Below, one piece after another: positions 49,318 to 64,000 of a stretch of DNA of 64,000 nt (position 1 is the first letter of the stretch; each line of letters starts with the position of its first letter). The notes under the pieces were generated by a model. The model ran no database searches, was not told where the DNA came from, and saw nothing but the letters and a program-made list of their open reading frames with translations. Both the position numbers and the translations under genes were made by a program. This DNA is from Amoebidium appalachense (taxonomy: Eukaryota; Protista; Ichthyosporea): contig CAVNZM010000010.1 in NCBI GenBank assembly GCA_963693365.1, positions 5,457,794 through 5,521,793 on the forward strand, written 5' to 3'.

Positions 49318-52300
49318 CGAAAAAACTATTATCCTGGCATGTGATAGAGATATTAACTGAGAGAGGGTACGTAACTGAAAGAGAAAAGATCGTGAAAAGA
49401 TAATTCTGTAGTGGTATTTTGTGATATAGGCTTTCCGAATGTTCATTAGCCCTGTATACATGCAGGCTCTCCGTGTTAATATTAATTATTTTTGGCCCTT
49501 GAAAAACCGATTGTACCTGACTAATAGTTTTGTAATCCCGAGTTTTTTCCGCGGCTACTAGTTACTTTAGTCAATGTGGTATAGCTATCTTCAATTTTTG
49601 ACGTCATAGTAAGTAGGAACCTAAGTAGGAATCAACTCATCACAATAACATCTGGATCACTGTTGCCGCAGCATGTATATGCTGCACGATGAGCGTTTTC
49701 GTAACACATTAATAACCATAGTAATTTTTCTTGTAAGTATACTGAAGCATGCACAGACACAAATATTACATTGAAAATCGCCGGGGTGGCAGTAACTGCA
49801 GCTGCAACGACGGGGGTACAAAACTCATGCATATGCCATCACGGAGCCAGCCTTGAAATTTTTGGCTTAGGAATAAAAGGTCTCAAAGACTCGCGAATTA
49901 GGCCATGGGAAGTCACTGTTTCGTCTGTATACGGTTATTCCTACTTTTTTTTTTAGTGATTACGGATTGGTCTTTAAATTTACGGATAATGATTAAGACC
50001 TTGGGGCCGATACGAAACGATACCGCCCACCAAAAGTAAGCTGGCTAGAAGTACGGGTCACAAAGGAGGAAAATAATTTTTTTAAAAGAAGCAGAAGAAG
50101 CAGAGGAATAATAATGCTTTGTATCGTTATAAATACAGTACTAGTGCCTGTGTGTTCGAGGGTATTATTCCAACTGTTGGCGAAGGTACCTCAGGTTGGC
50201 ATGAAATGCAGAACGGGTGATATCAGATAAGTTCACAGATTGTACAAACAGACCCCACCCCCCCCCCCCCCCCCCTCCCCCCCCCCACCCCCCCCACCCC
50301 CCCCCCCCCTCTCTCTCTCTCTCTCACTCTCTCTCTCTCCGCCCTATTAGTTAAACCCACCCACCCACCCAGCCCGAGCCCACCCACCCGCCACCACTGG
50401 GCCACCACGTGCACCACCGCCACTACCACCATGGTGGTCTGGTGGTCGAGGTCTCGGCGCAACGTTTGTTACAGGCGTGAACAGCCGGAGATGATGGCGA
50501 TCTTTCAAGATCTAGAGATCTAGATTGCGCTGAGGAGGACGATTGGTGTTTAAAACTAAAAATCTATCTCATACCGATCTGATTGGCTACTTGGTATCGC
50601 ATCTAACCAGTCAAATCGACTCTTGATTCTTGAACTGCCACGGTGTCACCGTGAACCGCTTCCTCTCAGTCTCAGAACAGTGCTTTTCTCACACAAGTAC
50701 GCCGAAACCAGCAAAACTCAATTATCGTTTTTAGGGTCTCATTGTGATAACTTTTCCCTCTTTCAGCCGAAGCCGGTGCACAGCGGCTACTGCTTTCAAA
50801 ATATTCGATTTCTTCTGCCCTTCTCTGTGGCACCACACAAACAGAAGAAGTTACGTATCGTGTTTCATTCAACAGTGGCTGTTGGGGATCTTTGGCGGAC
50901 TTGCACAAACACATGATAAGGAAAAAAACGGTAGAGGCGTCAGCAGGGGAAAATATCACAACTCAAACACCCTGTGTGTGTGTGATTGTGTTCTTGCGGT
51001 AACCCTCGCTTGTCCGGCGAGCAAAATAGAAATTAGGGGTTCACTCACGCTCGGAACAACAATAACACGGCCACATGTGACGGCATCCATATGACTCATT
51101 TCTTTTTCCTTCATTGTTTCTCTCTGTGTGTCCTGCAATTACTCGGTGGTGGGAAAATGCTTTCTTCTGTCTGTTCGCCTCTGTTTATGAGACACCGGAC
51201 ACACACATTTCTTGTAGCAGCATTGCAGGCAGAGGGTGTACATAAGGTAAAAGAATAACTAATATATAATCGTAGTGTGTATGCTCGTGACGTTTTTCCT
51301 TTAGTGTAAGCAACCGCAATGATTTTCATGTTTACATATTAATTAGCGTAGGGCAATATCCGTAGGAGGTTTATTAGTGCCTCAAATTCATAATTCAATG
51401 CATATATGATACTCAACTTGGGCTGACAAAGTCAACTGACGAGGCAAAAGAACGAACATCGATATCGCGACGCGAAGAGGTAAGCGCACATATTTGAGTG
51501 GTAGTAAGCTACTCGTATTCACTGCAAAGATGCCTGAAGTGTTGTTTAACGGAATAAGAAAAAGAAAAGAAAAAAAAAAAAGAAAGAAAAAAAAGGTGTG
51601 GGGGGGGGGGGGGGGGGGGAAGTGTTACACCCTTACATACACTTCTGCGGTCTTTTTCAGTGCTTACCGAGGGGAACATTTAATACATACAGCTCCTGGA
51701 TTCATGCAATAGGCTTATTACAGATTCCTCCCCAAACTATTCCATTTTGCATGCATGTACATGCTTCTCATCTGCATTTAGAGACAAAAGTACCCCATGT
51801 GTCTGCCTCGGGTGTATGTGTCTACTGTATGTGGTTTGTGTTGCGGGCAGGGGAGTGAGAGGGTGAGGGGAAAGGCGGACGGGAAAGAGGGGAAGGGGCA
51901 AAGGGCGGAGAATTCGGGGGGGGGGGGGGGGTCGCGGGGGAGAAGGGGGGGCGGGGGGCCTCTTACAGAAAACAATGATAAATAAAATATGAGGTACAGT
52001 GTTTTGGGAATGAGAACGCATTTATTTCCAAGTAGAGGTGAGACTTTGACCGTCCCCACGTACAATCTTACGGACCCAAGCCGTGGGAGAAAGGGGGGCC
52101 CAGGGGCGGGGGGAGGGGGGGGGGGGGGGGGGTGCCGGGGAGGCGGGGGAGGGGGGGGGGGAGGGGGGGGGTTAAGGTCGAGGGAAGGGGATACGGTATT
52201 GTGCATCTTGGACGGCAAGGGAGGGGGGGGGGGGGGGGAGGGGGGGGGAGGGGGGGGGGGGATGGGGCAGTGTGTAAAACTGTATGTGCCGGTGTGTGTG

Positions 52301-52366
52301 TGTAGCGCAAATTCTACTAAACCCCCCACCCCTACCCGCACCCCCAACCCCCACCCTCCACCCTCC

Positions 52367-52495
52367 ACTTTTCTATACTAATGTTTTAAAAAAGTAAGTT
52401 AAATGAATACTTTTCTATACTAATGTTTTAAAAAGGTAAGTTAAATGAATACTTTTCTATACTAATGTTTTAAAAAAGTAAGTTAAATGAATACT
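52367..52495. repeat. AT-rich 42-bp tandem repeat, 3 copies
   Basis: ACTTTTCTATACTAATGTTTTAAAAA(A/G)GTAAGTTAAATGAAT at 52367, 52409 and 52451. Confidence 0.95.
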
Positions 52496-52729
52496 CAACC
52501 CAACCTTCACGGTCCACCCCGGGGGCCCCCCCAAACCCCCTCCTCTTTAACCTTTTCAAACTAATCTTTTTCATGCCCTCTCCCTTCCTCCCTCCCTCCC
52601 TCCCTCCCTCTCACTTCTTTTCCCTCTGCCCCCCCCCTCCCCCCCCCCCCCCCCCCCCCCCCCCCGCCCCCCGACAGCTCAAAACAGATCAAAGATATAC
52701 AGAAATACGGAGTAAGTGCAAAAGCGACT

Positions 52730-53203
52730 ATGGGGGTCCTTCACCAACATATTGGTGTGCAAGTGTTGTGGTTCATGCTGCTGATTGGTGGAGCCATCGG
52801 CCAATCAAACTCTCGGATAGGGCTGATTGACCTGCCGCTCCATAAAAGGCAAGTATTGTCGCCACACCATTGGCCCTCAATCAGCACCCACAATGGCCGG
52901 CGTGCAGCCCAGTTCACGCCATTTGAGCATGACCTTACTAGTGGGCTGACTGCCTCAAAATCTGTTGCATCTTATGTGGCGCAGGTAAGATACTCACCCC
53001 CTTAGAATTTTTCTGGGGAAGGGGAGGGTTGGGAAGCGCCCCTGGGGGAGAGGGAGAGGGAAGGGGGAGGGAGGCGGGGAGGGGGGCGGGAAAGGGAGTG
53101 AGGGAGGTTGGGGGGGGGAGATATTCCCGTGAGGGATCACGGGGACCACAGGTGGGGAGCAGAAGTGGAGGCTTTGGTAGACTCATGATGTGTGTGCATC
53201 TGT

Positions 53204-53241
<38 letters not shown>

Positions 53242-53427
53242 AATGTGCGTATATTGTGTGTGTGTGCCAGTGTGCACGTACGGGCGGGCACCACGCGGGT
53301 TTTCCCATGCCATTTCGTGTGCATGTGAGCATACTAGGGGGATGTAGAGTAGAGTTACAGTGTTTGCGGGTTTAGACCGCACGGGGAGGGGGGGGGGGGG
53401 AGGGGGGGGGGAGAGGGGGGAGTAGGG

Positions 53428-53468
<41 letters not shown>

Positions 53469-54281
53469 GGGGGGGGGGGGATGAGGTGAAAAAGGTGGAG
53501 AGAGGTTTCGAGCCATTCCTGATCCCTCACCGCTATTTTAAACCTTCAGATCGAGGTTGGTGAAGGCACCTATGACGTTATAGTGGATACCGGGTCTGCC
53601 GATTTGCTATTGGTCGGCCATGGATGCCAGGCCTACGGCAAAAGCCCAAATATGGACATCGGCACTGGCTCCCCGTCCGGCGTCTGTACCCTTAACGCAC
53701 AGACATATCCAAATACGGGCACGAATACCGGAATTTCCGCAATCAGCCTATATGGCGGCCCGAAAACCCGTGTTTTTGCCAACTATACCATATATGTCGA
53801 TTCGGTTTCCATATCGGGTAAGCATAGGGCACAGGTCTACATGGGAAGCATATTTGCACAGACGGAGGGTATTTGGGGCCGACGAAATTCCACTGTGGCG
53901 GGGCTTTTGGGATTAGGGTATCGAGATCTCTCTGCAATCTACAAAGCAGCCTATCCTGCTGGATTACCTTATTTGGACACGTTGGTCGATTCAGGGATGA
54001 TCGGCAATGCATTTTCAATGTGCTTTAACGCTGGTGGTGATGGGGGTCGGTTGGTTTTGGGGGGAAATTCCCCCCGAAATTTGGCACTACAGTATACACC
54101 CATGCAGGCAAGCAGCTATTATGCTGTGGCATTGCTGCATGTGAAATTTGGGTCGGCAACGATGGATCCCCCTCAAGGTATCCAACACCCCCCTCATCCT
54201 TCCTGGGTGCAGTCTCCCCTCCTGATTCGATAACCCGTTGTTTTCTCATCCTGTTGCCCCCACAAAAACTTCTCAACTCGA

Positions 54282-54320
<39 letters not shown>

Positions 54321-54391
54321 TTCGTTGAAACTGACCCCGCTCCAGTGTTCTCCGATCCAATATCCGTGTGGATGGTGCCTGTCTGTATCAG

Positions 54392-54425
<34 letters not shown>

Positions 54426-55162
54426 GGGGATTCGTAGGAATGGTAATAGTGAATAATCCGTGCTCATCCCCCCCCCCCCCCCCCCCCCCCCCCCCGCCTC
54501 CACCCCTCGCTGTCCTCTTTCCACGGCACAACATCCATTCAGCCAGAAAGCCTCTCCTCCGTATCTCGAACATCCCTTCTCTCCCCCCCAACCCCCCAAG
54601 CCCCCCACCACCACCTCCTCCTCCAATCCCATCCCCCCCCCCCCCCCCCCACCATTTTATGCTTTCTCCTTCTCTTTATATCACATTCCGAGTCAATAGA
54701 TAAGGCTTCTTTCCCTCCTCACCACCACCCGCCCACCTATCCACCCACTTCCTTTTTTTCCCCAGCCCACCTGTCTTCTCCTGAACAAAACCACCTCACT
54801 TTAGTTTATCTACTTCCTGACTTACGCACGAAGAACGAATTTCCTTTCCCCGTCCCCCCCCCCCCTCCTTCCCCCATCACCGCATCTTGCACCCTCGTGA
54901 CCATCCTTGTCACATGCCTGATCGTGTCTCCATATCCGCAGGGGGGGGGGAGGGGGAGGGGGGGGGGGGGGGGGCAGTGCATCGATTGACCATTAGTTCT
55001 TTTTGGCAGGTGGAGTAACGATCGTGGATAGCGGAAACACACTGCTGTCTGTCAGCCCTGCAATGCTTTTAAGCCTCAAAACGGAGATGTGTGCTCTGGC
55101 TGGCAACGACCCATCATGTGTGCCTGAGGGGAATGTGATGGTGGCCGTGATGGAGGAGGACG

Positions 55163-55209
<47 letters not shown>

Positions 55210-55272
55210 TGTGTGTGTGTGGTTGGATCTTTCTTTTGGTTCTTTCCTCCCTTTTTTTTTTTTTTTTTTTGT

Positions 55273-55306
<34 letters not shown>

Positions 55307-56088
55307 GGGGGATGGGCAGGTGCGTGTGCTGGTAGATGGGTGGACGGTTGGCTTATGTGTGCCCAGACACACACACTTTGTGTCCTTGCGTGTGTGCCCA
55401 CACTGAAGAGTAATGCAATGAGACTAATGTGGGGGCAGGTAAGACAGTTGGTGAACAAAGAGAATGGCAAATTCGAAACAAGAGGATCGACATCGCATTT
55501 TTTTTGTGAAGGGGGAGGGGGGGGGGGGGGGGGGGAGAGAGAGAGAGGGGGGGGGGGGGGGAGATGGCCTAAATGATTGTATCTTTTCGTGTCATAATAT
55601 GTATGATCTGCTACATGCCGAGTGATATAACAATAACATGCTCGGAAACTGTATGCTGCTAACCTATTTACCCTCTTCAGGTCGGCAAGTTTCCACCAAT
55701 AATCATCGAGCTCGAGAGTGCAACAGTAGAAATACCCCCGCAAAACTATTGGCTGAAAATCAGCGACAACACATACCAGTTTGGCGTGGATGGGATCACC
55801 CCTGACAACGACCAATCACCAAGCATCATTCTTGGGTCCGTTTTTCTCGCCGGCCAATGGTTGGTTTTCGATCGCGAAAATTCACGGATCGGATTGGCCG
55901 ATTGCCCTGATTGCGATGCAGTGAATGTGGATGCATATATCCCACAAACGGTGACCCACTCTGGTGCATCACCCACCGCAACAGCCCAAACGCAGAACCC
56001 AACATCTGTAAAATCATTGGCTGGTTTCGTCCAATGGGATTGCATGCTCTTGCTGCTTCTGTTGTCAATATCCATTGGTTTCATGTAG
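52730..56088 (+). CDS. Pepsin-family (A1) aspartic protease, BACE/yapsin-like, with signal peptide and hydrophobic C-terminus, 4 exons
   Basis: Exons 52730-52984, 53550-54177, 55010-55164, 55681-56088. Catalytic VIVDTGS and TIVDSGN; GLLGLGY, FSMC, GRLVLGG, IILGSVFL, VFDRENSRIGLA; Ser/Thr stalk then MLLLLLLSISIGFM*. Confidence 0.93.
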
Positions 56089-56175
56089 CTTGGTCACATA
56101 AAAGAGGATGTGTTAGGAGCAATTTTGCGAATCAAAAGTAGGAGTGTTTGGTATAAAAACAGAAGGTGTGCGTGT

Positions 56176-56206
<31 letters not shown>

Positions 56207-57146
56207 GGGGGGGGGGGGAGGGGGGGGGGGGGGGGGGTGGACGGAGAGGGGTGGGTGGGTGAGTGGGGGGGGGGGGGGGGGGGGGGGGGAGGGAGGCTCT
56301 GCGGTTGGTTACTGGTTAAATACTGTCAATGCAACACACAGACACAGAGCTATTATACATAATACTTTTTTTCAGGGGACCACTTCATTTGTATTGTCAC
56401 GGACATGTCTGGGAATGGGTTTACAATCACACGGATGAAGTTGTTGCAGATGATAGTTTTTACTCGTATCGAATGTTGCCCAGTGTTGGCTCACTTATAC
56501 ATGTACAAATGCAGGCTATATCAACACACTGCCCACACAGACTCACTTGCTTGTGCACGTGTTATAAATGGTGATCTGAATAGCCGGCACGGCTAGCTTG
56601 TATACAGGTGACCAACTGGACGCCCACCATTCGGGCTTCAAAATCAAACGATCTGCAGCAGACACACAACAAACCCCATTGCCCGAGCACAAGAAAGAGA
56701 GTTGCGCATGTTTGGGTTGATGCATGTACGTGTACGTGTTTAGTATTACTGAGCCGAAGAAGGTTCAAAGACGGTTTATCGTAACTTTGCTGTTAATTAA
56801 TTATCTTAAAAGTCTCATGGTCATTTTTCACCTTTGCTCCCACAATCAAACCACCAAGCATCTCCCCTTGATGTACATGTTTCTGTAACCAGGATAAAAA
56901 TAAAGGAAAACCTTTACGGGAAGGCGCCCCAGGGAGGGGGAGAGATGGAGGATGGGGAGAGGGGGGGGGGGGGGGGGGGGGAGGGTAATTGGTCCGACAG
57001 TGTGGTACGTATTCAGCCATGGGTGGTTGGTAAAAGAGTGGATGTGCATGCAGCACATGTAAGTACGGATATCGATGGTGGCGGCGTCGGTGTGCGTGTA
57101 TCATGACGTGCGCGCGCGTGTGTGCCCCGGGGGGAGGGGGGGGGGG

Positions 57147-57178
<32 letters not shown>

Positions 57179-58394
57179 ATGGGGGTCTATCTATATAACA
57201 CCTTTTCATTGCAAAATGCTCGCCTTGCACGGGATAAAGGAAACCTGCAAAAGAGCACCAGCACATACCAATGTCCTAGTGGAGAGATGAGGGGGGAGAG
57301 GGGGGGGGGGGGGGGGGGGGGGGGGGAAAGCAAATTATAACCCCCCCCCCCCCCCCCCCCTCCCTTTTGTTTTTTTTTGAATACGAAATGCACACCTGGA
57401 GACCCAGCACACAAACCATACCCAAATGGGTCTTCACTTAGAACCCAAACTCTGGGTTATCATACCACATCCCCTAGGCATGTTTACTGAAGAAAGATCA
57501 AGTTCTCTTCTGTCGAGTTACACTCCGAGGCGCATCAGAAGTTTTGTTCTATGATTTATTGTTTTCGCAATACATTGTTCCATACCACCCTCTCTTGAAT
57601 GGGTACCAACCGTCATCACAGACTATTAATAGCATCATATCCATGTCTCACCTTAAAGACATCACCTGAGCTGCATGTTCCCCAAGAAAACGGGCGAACC
57701 CAAAGCTAACCACGAGCCGATTAATCATTCCAAAATCAGTAGTCTCCTTATGGCATTGCGTTCAGAGCGACAATCAATACACTTCAAACCAACAGTGTGA
57801 AAAATACAGTTGAGCTTATTCTACTATCTTAGGCACGAAATACAACAAGATCAACAAACCCGGATAGTTTTACATTTCCAGCGTAGAGTGTGGAAATTGC
57901 GTTACACTAGATCGATTATCCCATCTGTTACGAATTTCAAACTTCATAGCTTTGATACATAGACTGCGTGGGAAAAAGTAGTTTTAGGCATAAGAATCAA
58001 CGACAACCTACTACTTGCTATCTTCACACAAACACATAAGTGCATAGACCAAAACCTATTTAACAGTAGCGTGTTTGCCTATTTCGTGGGTGGTATGTTG
58101 TGGAAATGTGTTGCATGTACATGTGTGGGTTTGGCATAACACATAATATCAACCCCTCCCCCACCCCCCCCCCCCCCAAAAAAAACAAAAAAAACAAAAC
58201 AAAAAACAAAAACAAAAACAAAAACAAAAAAAAACAAAAAAACAAAACAAAAAACAAAAAAGAAACCAACAGGCTACGAGCTCATATCCAAGGATTATGG
58301 CGAAGGCTCTCCTCAATTAACGGAACAAACCAAAACAACACCCAAACACCTACTAAACACGCCAAAAAACCGGTAAATACGAAGCCAAAATACG

Positions 58395-63643
<5,249 letters not shown>

Positions 63644-63749
63644 CTACAGACAACACTATCAGTGAAAATCCCCCCCGCCCTCCTCTCCTTCTATTGCCGG
63701 TAACGGATATTCAGAGCATGCTCTAATGAACATGTGTATGAGATTTTTT

Positions 63750-64000
63750 TTGATTCGGATATATTGAGGTGAATATCATATGGTAAATGTATCGAGGTGG
63801 ATATATTTTGATGGAACTACTAAAGTGAATGTATGGTGGTGATATAATGTGTGGATATATTGTGGTCTATTAATATATTGTAGTGGATATAGTGGGTGGA
63901 TATGGTGTGGTGGATAGCAAGTGTTGGATTTACCGTGGTGGATATGGGGTGTGAATGTATTGTAGTGGAAGTATTGGGGTGGATGACATGGTGGATAAAT
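63750..64000. repeat. Degenerate short-period repeat (GTGGATAT core) in an ABCC intron
   Basis: More than 10 variants of GTGGATA/GTGAATRT at roughly 20-30 bp spacing up to the window edge. Confidence 0.7.

Noticed and set aside
50623-51094. Overlapping short ORFs as a gene
   Set aside because: No family motif, no consistent exon structure, no AUG start.

Overview
This is intron-rich eukaryotic DNA. The gene set (protein kinase D, clade-II forkhead, JMJD8) with GT-AG introns and CTRAY-type branch points suggests an opisthokont, probably a unicellular holozoan such as an ichthyosporean (inference). Almost all ORFs in the supplied track are artefacts of (CA)n/(GT)n/(CT)n microsatellites and poly-C/poly-G runs. 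Manual splicing gives nine genes: PITHD1-like (minus, runs off the left edge), AMPK beta, a forkhead TF, a secreted saposin-like Cys-rich protein (minus), NAA38/LSMD1, protein kinase D, JMJD8, a membrane/GPI-anchored pepsin-family protease and the 3' part of an ABCC/MRP transporter (minus, runs off the right edge). Four non-autonomous DNA transposons with TIRs are present, three with clear TSDs. Main oddities: (1) +1 frameshifts and an in-frame TAG confined to the adjacent genes at 12.5-24.5 kb, while about 6.5 kb of other coding exons are clean (recoding/editing, pseudogenised block or local consensus error); (2) a PKD with three C1 domains; (3) repeated tandem amplification of exon-intron junctions inside introns; (4) 3' splice sites fused directly to long (CA)n tracts; (5) an array of about 19 degenerate 15-bp palindromes.
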